DNA of 64,000 nucleotides from Anaerolineae bacterium (GTDB lineage Bacteria; Chloroflexota; Anaerolineae; Aggregatilineales; UBA2796), in NCBI GenBank assembly GCA_020851855.1, contig JADZBY010000435.1, positions 1,095 to 65,094 on the forward strand. Reading direction: 5' to 3'. The notes beneath the pieces were generated by a model that was not told where the DNA came from, ran no database searches, and saw only the letters and a list, made by a program, of their open reading frames with translations. The position numbers and the translations under genes were made by a program. Shown here piece after piece: positions 56,353 through 64,000 of the stretch (position 1 is its first letter; each line of letters opens with the position of its first letter).

Positions 56353-56562
56353 AATGAGCGCATGCTCGTTGAGACTGCCCTGTCCCTGGCCACCATGGTC
56401 TGTCACCTCAAGAAGGTCTTTCATTGCACCCATGCTCATGTTGAAGTGCGTCTAGCCTATCTGGCCGCCATGTTCAACATCCGGCTGGGACTCAACCGTG
56501 CGCTTCAGCCCGATGCTGCCCCCCACGTCCACCTTCTTCATCTCGCTCAATACGTCCTTTGA
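56353..56562 (+). pseudogene. C-terminal remnant of a DDE transposase (family uncertain)
   Basis: ...ERMLVETALSLATMVCHLKKVFHCTHAHVEVRLAYLAAMFNI... resembles the conserved tail of IS4/IS982-like transposases. No upstream catalytic part is present. Confidence 0.35.
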
Positions 56563-56934
56563 ACTAGCACCAATGGTTATATAGCGAAGACCTCCTAGGC
56601 AAGCCCTTGCTGTGCGACTCCGCTGGATTCTCCCTTCAACCAAGCTACTGAAAACGGTGTAACCAAGGGGGTGGGAAAAAGTACGGAAAGCCCACCTACC
56701 GCCGCGAAACGCCTGTATGATGCGATCACACAGCGGGCCACATCGCAGATGAAAAGCGTTCGACAGGTGCACCTGCTTCGGATGTGCAGCCGATATCTCG
56801 ATTTTACGGTAGGACCAGAATGCGCAACGCGCGAGAGGGTCTGCATATGTCGACTACTGGAGCGAAACCCAGCGCCGAATCCGCGGCTGCTCACTTGATC
56901 AGTAGCGTACACTAGTGAACACAGGAAATGTGCG

Positions 56935-58098
56935 ATGAAACGTATAACGATAGGCTCAAGCCTGCTATGTGGGGTGGCCCTGCTCCTCATCGCGCTGAAC
57001 GCTTCTTCATCTGCTGCAGTTGCAGCCTCATCAGATCCGACTCTGAACCTGGAGATCGTCTGGAAAGCTGAAACAGCCACTCACCCGATAGTGGGCGGCG
57101 GCAGCATCGCCGTCGATGGACAGGGCAATCTGTACGTCACGGACTATGGGGCGGACGGGTATACCTTTCAGATCGTCAAGTTTGATGTGGAAGGCAGATT
57201 TGTCACGGCGTGGGGCCAAACAGGCACCGCACCGGGCGAGTTCAACTGGCGTCCCGGAAACTCGGAGAACCCTCCCGATGCCGAAGGCGGTCCAGATGCT
57301 GGATTCATCGCTGCTGATGCGGACGGAAATCTATACGTCGCCGACGGCTATAACTTCCGGGTGCAGAAGTTCGACGCGATGGGCAGTTACGTCCTGGAGT
57401 GGGGCGGTCCAATCGAGGACCGTGGCCAGGAGCGGAGCTGTCGGTTGCGCTCACTCGGCCTATGCCTGGAGTGGGAGAGCGCCGGTGATGACTATGGCCA
57501 GAGGCGCCCGTGCCGGTTGCGGTCACTCGGCCTGTGCCTGGAGTGGGCGACTGCGGGTAAAAGTGATGGGCAGTTTGGCTTTCCCGGAGCAGGCCCAATC
57601 TCTATCGACTCACTCGGCAATGTGTATGTCTCCGACTTCGCCCATGTGCAAAGGTTCAACAAGGAGGGATTACTTCTCAGCGAGTTCGGCATCGCTGGAA
57701 CCGGAGATGGCGAGTTCAATGGGGCGGCACAGGTCGGGTGGGATAGCCAGGGTAACTTGTATGTCCCTGACCTGCTCAATGGTCGCTTCCAAAAGTTCGA
57801 TGCGGAGGGGAATTTCCTGCTTGCCGTCGGCAGTGCGGGCGATGCGGACGGCGAATTCGGCTTTCCGCTTCAGGTTGTGGTCGATAGCCAGGACCGCGTC
57901 TTCGTCACCGACAACACCAACCGCCTGCAGATGTTCGATACGTACGGCAATTTCCTCGCCAAGTGGACCGATCCAGGCAACGGAGAAGGTCCCTATGCAG
58001 TTCTGGGGGCCGTAGCTGTCGATGCGGAAGACAACCTATACATCGCCTACTACCGTGAGGAGGATGGAATCACGATCTACAAGTTCCGGCAGGAGTAG
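56935..58098 (+). CDS. secreted NHL-repeat beta-propeller protein with an internal tandem insertion
   Basis: It has a signal peptide. Repeated units of the form G.GDG.F..P..v..D..GN.YV.D..N.R.QKF recur, for example GTAPGEFNW, GKSDGQFGFP, GTGDGEFNGA and GDADGEFGFP. Confidence 0.8.
   Translation: MKRITIGSSLLCGVALLLIALNASSSAAVAASSDPTLNLEIVWKAETATHPIVGGGSIAVDGQGNLYVTDYGADGYTFQIVKFDVEGRFVTAWGQTGTAPGEFNWRPGNSENPPDAEGGPDAGFIAADADGNLYVADGYNFRVQKFDAMGSYVLEWGGPIEDRGQERSCRLRSLGLCLEWESAGDDYGQRRPCRLRSLGLCLEWATAGKSDGQFGFPGAGPISIDSLGNVYVSDFAHVQRFNKEGLLLSEFGIAGTGDGEFNGAAQVGWDSQGNLYVPDLLNGRFQKFDAEGNFLLAVGSAGDADGEFGFPLQVVVDSQDRVFVTDNTNRLQMFDTYGNFLAKWTDPGNGEGPYAVLGAVAVDAEDNLYIAYYREEDGITIYKFRQE
57424..57567 (+). 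repeat. two tandem 72-nt (24-codon) repeats inside the NHL gene
   Basis: Unit A is 57424-57495 and unit B is 57496-57567. They share the core CGGTTGCG(C/G)TCACTCGGCCT(A/G)TGCCTGGAGTGGG. They encode GQERSCRLRSLGLCLEWESAGDDY and GQRRPCRLRSLGLCLEWATAGKSD. Confidence 0.85.
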
Positions 58099-58197
58099 AT
58101 TGTAATCGAGGCATCGGCTGCGTGCGGTTGTCCTATCTCCAGACTCGAGTCTCTGCACGCAGCCCCTTCCGATAGTTATTAGGCGGAGGGCTCGGCC

Positions 58198-61100
58198 GTG
58201 GACGCCACTAATCAGGTTAGTGTGAAAGGATATGAGCTGAAAGAGCGCCTCGGTGAAGGCGGCTTCAGCGTGGTCTATCGAGCGACCCAGAAGGCAGTAG
58301 GCCGCGAGGTGGCAATCAAAATCATCCTGCCTGGGCTCGCCAACCAATCCGAGTTCATCCGCAGTTTTGATGGCGAAGCGCAGATCGTGGCGCGGCTTGA
58401 ACATCCCCACATCACACCGCTTTACGACTACTGGCGTGACCCGCAAGGTGCCCACCTCGTGATGCGCTGGCTGCGAGGAGGCAGTCTGCGCGACACGCTG
58501 AAGAAAGGGCGCTTTGAGCTCCGTGCCGCCGCGTTGCTGCTCGATCAGGTCGCAGGTGCCTTATCTCTTGCTCACCGCAATGGGGTGATTCACCGCGACG
58601 TCAAGCCTGGGAACATCCTGCTCGACGAGGATGGTAACGCCTATCTGACGGATTTTGGGATTGCGAAAGACGTGACGGTGGCTGGAATGGACGCGGCCAC
58701 CAGCGCCGTTGTCGGCTCACCAGACTACATTGCGCCGGAGCAAGCGCGGGGCGAACCGGTCACGCCGCGCACGGATATATATAGCCTCGGTGTAACCATG
58801 TATGAAGTCCTCACCGGCCAACATCCTTTCCAGGCTGTCTCGTCGGTGGAACGCCTGTACAAGCACATCAACGACCCATTGCCAGCGATCGATTTTCTCG
58901 AAGCCGGAGTGGCACCGGAGGTTAACCGCGTTATCCAAAAGGCGACATCGAAGAATCCGGAATACCGATACCCGGATGCGTTGGCCTTCGCTGCCGAATT
59001 CCGCGATGCGGTCGGATTCAACCGCACACCAACCGGTGTGTCGGAATTGCTGACGCCGCGCGAACACGAGATTCTTCATTTGATCATTGATGGGCTATCC
59101 AACAAGGAAATCGCGCAGCGGCTGACGGTGGCGCTCAGTACCGTAAAATGGTACGTCAACCAGATTTACGGCAAGCTGGGCGTTCGTAGCCGAGTGCAAG
59201 CTATAGTCCGGGGGCGCGAGCTGGCACTAATCGTGAGGCCTGGCCAGGTAACTACCCAAGCACCCGTCCCTACGGAGGATTTTTGCCCCAAGAACCCCTA
59301 CAAGGGCTTGCACGCCTTCCAATCTGCCGATCATCAGGACTTCTTCGGCAGAGAAAAGGTTACAGCGAAGCTGGTCAAGCGCCTGGCCGAAGGCGGCGAG
59401 TACAGCCGTTTCTTGGCCGTCGTCGGGCCTAGCGGCAGCGGCAAGTCGAGCCTGGTGAAGGCTGGGCTCATTCCAGCGCTCTGGCGGGGCGATTTACCGG
59501 GCTCGGAGAAGTGGTTCATCGTGGAGATGCTGCCGGGTGCGCGGCCGCTGGATGAGCTGGAAGTGGCCCTCAGCAGAGTCGCAGCCAACCAGGCCGGAAA
59601 TCTGCGAGAGCATCTGCAACGCGATAAATATGGACTACTGCGTGCCGCGAACCTGATATTGCCACATGATGGCAGCGATCTGCTGCTGGTCATCGACCAG
59701 TTTGAGGAAGTCTTCACGCAAGTTCAATTGGGGACGCATCGTGCCTTCTTTCTCGACCTGCTTTACGCGGCTGTCACCGCGTCGCGCAGCCGCGTTCGGG
59801 TGCTCGTGACGCTGCGGGCCGACTTCTATGATCAGCCGCTCCTTTACTCGCGTTTCGGGGAACTGGTGCGCAGCCGTCTGGAGACCATCATGCCTCTCTC
59901 CGCCGACGAACTGGAACGCGCCATTGCCAAGCCGACACAGGGCGTCGGGGTGGCATTTGAGCCTGGGCTAGTATCTTCCATCGTGGCGGACGTCAACTAT
60001 CAGCCTGGTGCTCTACCACTCCTCCAGTACGCGCTAACCGAGCTTTTCGAGCGGCGGGAAGGTCACCTGTTGACGCGCGAGGCATACCAGAGCATCGGCG
60101 GTACCGTCGGCGCATTGGCTCAGCGGGCCGATAAGTTCTACTCTAGCCTGAACGCTGCCGAACGGGATACGGTGAAGCAGATGTTCATGCGCCTGGTAAC
60201 GCTCGGCGAAGGGACAGAGGACACACGACGACGTACATCGCGCTCCGAGCTTCTGGCGATTGCTTCTGATCCCGACATGATGGATGAGATAATTGACAGC
60301 TACACGGCGTCGCGGCTGCTGTCCCTCGACACCGATGCGGCCACGCGTATCCCGATAGTTGAGATGGCTCACGAGGCGCTGCTCCGCGAATGGGAGCGGC
60401 TGCGGGCATGGCTGAACGAAGGCCGTGATGAGATCAGACTACAGCGACAGCTCGCAGCAATGGCCACGGACTGGCACAAAACGCAGGGCGATGCAAGTTA
60501 TCTGGCCCGCGGAGCTCGTCTCGAGCAGTTCGAAAAATGGGTCGAGGCGACCACGCTTTCTCTGTCGTTGGAGGAGCGGACTTATCTTGAGGCGAGCCTG
60601 GCCGAACGGAAACGGCAGAGCGAAGCCGAGAGCCAACGACAAGCGCGCGAAAGACTACTGGAACGCCGCTCGGTTCGTTTCTTGCGCGCGCTGGTCTTCG
60701 TCCTACTGCTCGCCATAGTCGGGGCGCTGGGCCTGACAGGCGCTGCTCTCAACGAGCGCAACAATGCCCAACGCAGCGCTGCAGAGTCGCAATTCGTAGC
60801 GCTTACCGCCGGCTCGCAGGCGGCGCTCGCCACTGGCAACACAGATCTGGCGATCGCCCTTGCCCTGGAGGCAGTCCGCCTTGATCCAGGATCAGCAGTA
60901 GCACAGGTCACGTTGAGTGAGGCAGCTTACGCCCCTGGAACGATTCGCCGCTTTGTCGGACATGACGGTGCCGTGCCAGCGTTCGCAATCAGCCCGGACG
61001 GCCTCACCGTGATGTCAGCGTCAGACGACACGACCATGATTCTGTGGGATATTCAGTCTGGGCAAATGCTGCGGCGCTTTGAAGGTCATACTGACAAGGT

Positions 61101-62919
61101 GATGAGTGTGGCGTTTAGCCCTGATGGCCGCACTGTCCTCTCTGGCTCTAACAACCGAGCCGGCTCAAAAGACACGACTGTGATCCTGTGGGATGTGCAG
61201 GCAGGCCACATCATTCGCCGCTATGAAGGCCACACTGGTGGTGTCTGGGCGGTCGCATTCACCCCGGACGGCAGGAGGGCCCTTTCTGCGGGCTCGGATG
61301 CGATACCGATACTTTGGGACGTGGAGACAGGCCGAATTCTCCACCGTCTCGGCGCAAACGGTGAAGGTCACACCGACCAGATCGAAAGCCTGGCGATCAG
61401 TCCGGATGGACGCACTGCACTCACCGGTTCCTGGGATAGCACACTCATCCTCTGGGACCTCGAGAGTGGCAACATAATCCGGCGTTACGGCGCTGATGGC
61501 GAGGGTCATCCTGCTCCTGTCCTGAAAGTCGCCTTTAGTCCAGATGGACGTTCAGCATTGTCTGGAGCGCAAGAGTCGATGTTCATCCTGTGGGATGTGG
61601 CTACAGGGGAAGTGATTCGTCGTTTCAGTGATGGCCAGTTCTGGGTCTTTGGCTTGGCGTTCAGCCCGGACGGGCGGCGAGCCCTTTCTGCCGGTGTGAT
61701 GGGGCCGATCACGTTGTGGAATGTCAATACTGGGGAGATCATCCATCGTCTCCGTGGGCATACCGGTCCTGTGGTGAGTGTGGCATTCATGCCCGATGGT
61801 CACACTGCCCTGTCCAGCGCAGGCGGCGATGACCCAACTCTGCGGCTGTGGGATCTCGAGGGCGGGCAGATCATCCGCCAGCTCGTCGGCCACAGCAAAT
61901 ACGTGGGGGGCGTTGTCAGCAGCCCTGATGGCCGTTACGTTTTTTCCACTGCCGATGACGGCCTGGGCATCCTTTGGGATACACAGACCTGGCAAGAGAT
62001 TCGACGGTTCGAGGTCGGAATTTGGGGGGTGGATTTTTCACCTGATGGCAAGACAGTTCTGCTCTCGACGGTGTCCGTCCCGTCAGGCGCGAAGGGAGAG
62101 CTTATCCTGGTCGACATCGAGACCGGGCGTGAACGACGCCGTTGGGACTCCACCAGCGGCGGCGCGTCGGTAGCCTTCAGCCCGGATGGTCGTACGGCCG
62201 TGTCCGGCGGGATGGGGCGCATCATCATCCTGTGGGATGTGGCAACGGGACAGGCCATTCGGCGCTTTTCGGGCTATGAAAACGGCATTCTTGATCAGTC
62301 ATCGGAGGGGGCGTTCAAGGCCGCCTTCAGCCCCGATGGCAGCCAGGTCTGGGCCACGTTCATCGACGGCACCATTGCCGTGTGGAACACTGCGACAGGA
62401 GAACGAGTGCGCGAACTGCCGGGAACCGGCGGTATCACCGGAACCTTTTCCGCCAACAACTTCGGTTTCCGCGGTAAGGAGGCGCTGGTGGGATTGGAGG
62501 ACGGCACAGCAGTCCTTTGGGACGTGGACACAGGCGTTGTCTTGCGCCAACTGACGAACCACAATATGCCCCTCATACTCGCACAGATCAGCCCGGACGG
62601 GCGCCACGGCATCCTCAGCTCAATAGACGAGACGACAACTCTCAACGACTTGCAGACCGGCGACGTGATCCGCCGCTGGAGCGGGGCGGGTCTGGGCCTG
62701 AGTACGCTTGCCTTCAATCCCGATGGACGGAACGCGGTGCTCGGTTTCCCAGACGGACGATTGGAGCTTTGGCGAATCGATGCCACCCTTGACGAGCTAA
62801 TCGCCTGGACGCGGGCTAACCGCTACGTGCCGGAGCTCACTTGTGAGCAGCGGGAATTCTATAGACTCGAGCCACTATGCCCCGCTACGACCCCCGGTAT
62901 TGGTGCGAATCATGGATGA
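58198..62919 (+). CDS. multidomain Ser/Thr protein kinase - LuxR HTH - P-loop NTPase - TM helix - WD40 repeat protein
   Basis: 1573 aa. Kinase motifs: GEGGFSVVY, VAIKII, HRDVKPGNILL, DFG, SPDYIAPE. LuxR HTH: LTPREHEILHLIIDGLSNKEIAQRLTVALSTVKWYVNQIYGKL. Walker A: VVGPSGSGKSSLV. TM helix: FLRALVFVLLLAIVGALGLTGAAL. At least 12 WD40-like units follow (...SPDGR...S.S.D.T..LWD...). Confidence 0.9.
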   Translation: MDATNQVSVKGYELKERLGEGGFSVVYRATQKAVGREVAIKIILPGLANQSEFIRSFDGEAQIVARLEHPHITPLYDYWRDPQGAHLVMRWLRGGSLRDTLKKGRFELRAAALLLDQVAGALSLAHRNGVIHRDVKPGNILLDEDGNAYLTDFGIAKDVTVAGMDAATSAVVGSPDYIAPEQARGEPVTPRTDIYSLGVTMYEVLTGQHPFQAVSSVERLYKHINDPLPAIDFLEAGVAPEVNRVIQKATSKNPEYRYPDALAFAAEFRDAVGFNRTPTGVSELLTPREHEILHLIIDGLSNKEIAQRLTVALSTVKWYVNQIYGKLGVRSRVQAIVRGRELALIVRPGQVTTQAPVPTEDFCPKNPYKGLHAFQSADHQDFFGREKVTAKLVKRLAEGGEYSRFLAVVGPSGSGKSSLVKAGLIPALWRGDLPGSEKWFIVEMLPGARPLDELEVALSRVAANQAGNLREHLQRDKYGLLRAANLILPHDGSDLLLVIDQFEEVFTQVQLGTHRAFFLDLLYAAVTASRSRVRVLVTLRADFYDQPLLYSRFGELVRSRLETIMPLSADELERAIAKPTQGVGVAFEPGLVSSIVADVNYQPGALPLLQYALTELFERREGHLLTREAYQSIGGTVGALAQRADKFYSSLNAAERDTVKQMFMRLVTLGEGTEDTRRRTSRSELLAIASDPDMMDEIIDSYTASRLLSLDTDAATRIPIVEMAHEALLREWERLRAWLNEGRDEIRLQRQLAAMATDWHKTQGDASYLARGARLEQFEKWVEATTLSLSLEERTYLEASLAERKRQSEAESQRQARERLLERRSVRFLRALVFVLLLAIVGALGLTGAALNERNNAQRSAAESQFVALTAGSQAALATGNTDLAIALALEAVRLDPGSAVAQVTLSEAAYAPGTIRRFVGHDGAVPAFAISPDGLTVMSASDDTTMILWDIQSGQMLRRFEGHTDKVMSVAFSPDGRTVLSGSNNRAGSKDTTVILWDVQAGHIIRRYEGHTGGVWAVAFTPDGRRALSAGSDAIPILWDVETGRILHRLGANGEGHTDQIESLAISPDGRTALTGSWDSTLILWDLESGNIIRRYGADGEGHPAPVLKVAFSPDGRSALSGAQESMFILWDVATGEVIRRFSDGQFWVFGLAFSPDGRRALSAGVMGPITLWNVNTGEIIHRLRGHTGPVVSVAFMPDGHTALSSAGGDDPTLRLWDLEGGQIIRQLVGHSKYVGGVVSSPDGRYVFSTADDGLGILWDTQTWQEIRRFEVGIWGVDFSPDGKTVLLSTVSVPSGAKGELILVDIETGRERRRWDSTSGGASVAFSPDGRTAVSGGMGRIIILWDVATGQAIRRFSGYENGILDQSSEGAFKAAFSPDGSQVWATFIDGTIAVWNTATGERVRELPGTGGITGTFSANNFGFRGKEALVGLEDGTAVLWDVDTGVVLRQLTNHNMPLILAQISPDGRHGILSSIDETTTLNDLQTGDVIRRWSGAGLGLSTLAFNPDGRNAVLGFPDGRLELWRIDATLDELIAWTRANRYVPELTCEQREFYRLEPLCPATTPGIGANHG

Positions 62920-62960
62920 TGACCCTGCGCGGCAGATAGTGCGAGTTGTAGGACCCGACA

Positions 62961-63785
62961 ATGGACGCCTATGGCCTTCTAGCTTTTGCCACGCCGTTTA
63001 TCGGCAGAACGGAGGAGTTGCGTCAGATTGAGGCGCTGCTCAGCGACCCATTGTGCCGCCTTCTCACATTGGTCGGCCCAGGCGGGATCGGGAAAACCCG
63101 CCTGGACGTCGAGGTGGCACGTCGCAAGTGGATGACGCCTAGTTGGGGATGCCTGGCGGTGCATCCGGGCAACCGCCAGTGTTTCCGACGGCGTCTGCTT
63201 CGTTCCTCTGCAACCGCTGACCGCACCCGATGTTGTCACCCCTGCCATCGCCGACGCGCTCCACCTCACGTTCTATGGCGAACAAGACCGCATACAGTAG
63301 CTTCTGGGTTACTTGCAGGGCAAACACCTGCTGCTCGTTTTGGACAATTTCGAGCACCTGACGGAGGGCGCAGATCTGCTGCCCGAGATGCTGCAAATCG
63401 CGCCCGATCCCAACTGGTAGTCACGTCGCGGGAGCGGCTGCATGAAGAATGCTTGATCGACGTAGGCGGGCTTACCTTCCCTGTGAGTCCCCACAAGTCG
63501 GGACAGGAAGACTTGGGCGCCGTGCAGCTTATCGTGCACAGCGCCCGCCGGGTCGGATATACACCCTTGGACGTCGACATCGTGGCAATTGTATATCAGC
63601 GATTCTCGATCGGGATGATCCCATAACGGGAACGTTACCGTCTTTGTCCCTCTCGTAATGCGGCGAAATCACGTTCGTAGCCGCAATAGTAGATCAACCA
63701 TCCTGTCAACCGCTGTATCTGTCAGGTCGTTGAAGGGATTCCGCTGGCGGTCGAACTCGCCTCCGCCTGGGTGCGGGTCATGCCC
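62961..63785 (+). pseudogene. decayed NB-ARC/TPR regulator paralog (frameshifts, in-frame TAG, about 114-bp insertion, truncated)
   Basis: It starts normally (FIGRTEELRQIEALLSDPLCRLLTLVGPGGIGKTRL). Homology then hops frames: FSDGVCFVPL...GEQDRIQ*LLGYLQGKHLLLVLDNFEHL with TAG at 63298-63300, then ...LVVTSRERL..., then CQVVEGIPLAVELASAWVRV at about 63721-63780. Confidence 0.7.
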
Positions 63786-64000
63786 TCATTTCGTTCCAGC
63801 CTGATCTACTCACGGTTCGAAAGAAGGCTCAGGGTGAACAGGACCTGGAAATCCTTGTGCTGCGCATTCTCCACACCTACTACCGTGAGGTCGCCTTGAC
63901 CCTGTACGCTCTGGATGGTCGAAAAACGTGCGGTTCACCTCAGACTCGTTCGCTGGAGCAGGTATCGTTATGTCCTCCCGTATGCTGTCATCAAGCTGCC

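Noticed and set aside
57116-58015. 299-aa alternative-frame ORF inside the NHL gene
   Set aside because: It is on the same strand but out of frame with a gene that shows regular NHL repeats and a signal peptide. The alternative frame is Ser/Arg/Ala-rich and lacks structure.
63866-63880. 15-nt identity CCTACTACCGTGAGG shared between 63866-63880 and the NHL gene at 58047-58061
   Set aside because: The match is isolated and its flanks are unrelated. I found it post hoc and could not tie it to any repeat family or coding homology.
1-64000. CRISPR arrays, tRNA, rRNA or riboswitch elements
   Set aside because: Reading the intergenic regions showed no regularly spaced direct repeats with unique spacers, no tRNA-like T-arm/acceptor pattern and no B12-box. 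The only periodic repeats are the 9-bp iterons and the 72-nt coding repeat.

Overview
This is a 64-kb window of a moderately high-GC bacterial chromosome. I found no rRNA, tRNA or CRISPR array. The regulator content (Ser/Thr kinase-WD40, NB-ARC/TPR LuxR-type and SARP-type regulators, IS701 and IS630 elements) resembles large Chloroflexota/Ktedonobacteria-like or actinomycete-like genomes, but the sequence alone cannot prove the taxon.

Layout:
1. 1-2834 (minus strand): a RiPP-type cassette of two radical SAM/SPASM enzymes and a double PqqD-like protein. One of the rSAM genes is missing from the ORF track because it runs off the window.
2. 2.9-10.9 kb: a very GC-rich plasmid-like module. It holds an XRE repressor, divergent promoters, ParM with small RHH proteins, an inverted-repeat-dense candidate oriT, an HU-like protein, an HUH relaxase/Rep-like protein, a 971-aa primase-helicase and an iteron field.
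3. 11.2-31.2 kb: a much lower-GC, unidirectional 20-gene surface-glycan cluster. It encodes Wzx, a Wzy-like protein, eight or more glycosyltransferases, three methyltransferases, an acetyltransferase, a CapK-like ligase and a complete CMP-Kdo pathway (kdsB, kdsD, kdsA, kdsC).
4. 31.3-33.2 kb: a large serine recombinase with an unusual C-terminal HTH extension. A perfect 12/8/12 palindrome sits at the junction.
5. 33.5-38.7 kb: GNAT, cupredoxin lipoprotein, a membrane protein and an XRE-NB-ARC-TPR regulator.
6. 39.5-42.4 kb: an IS630 element nested in the tip of an IS701 element, which in turn splits a small HTH gene paralogous to the recombinase extension.
7. 42.8-47.4 kb: rhodanese, B12-radical SAM, MBL hydrolase and a secreted beta-helix protein.
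8. 47.6-64 kb: STAND/SARP regulators, a sulfurtransferase, an NHL protein with an internal 72-nt tandem repeat, a 1573-aa kinase-LuxR-P-loop-TM-WD40 protein, and a decayed NB-ARC pseudogene.

The signals most worth a second look are:
- the mosaic recombinase/plasmid/Kdo-glycan island;
- the recombinase-HTH fusion with its palindrome;
- the orphan rSAM/PqqD cassette;
- five otherwise intact-looking genes interrupted only by single in-frame stop codons.
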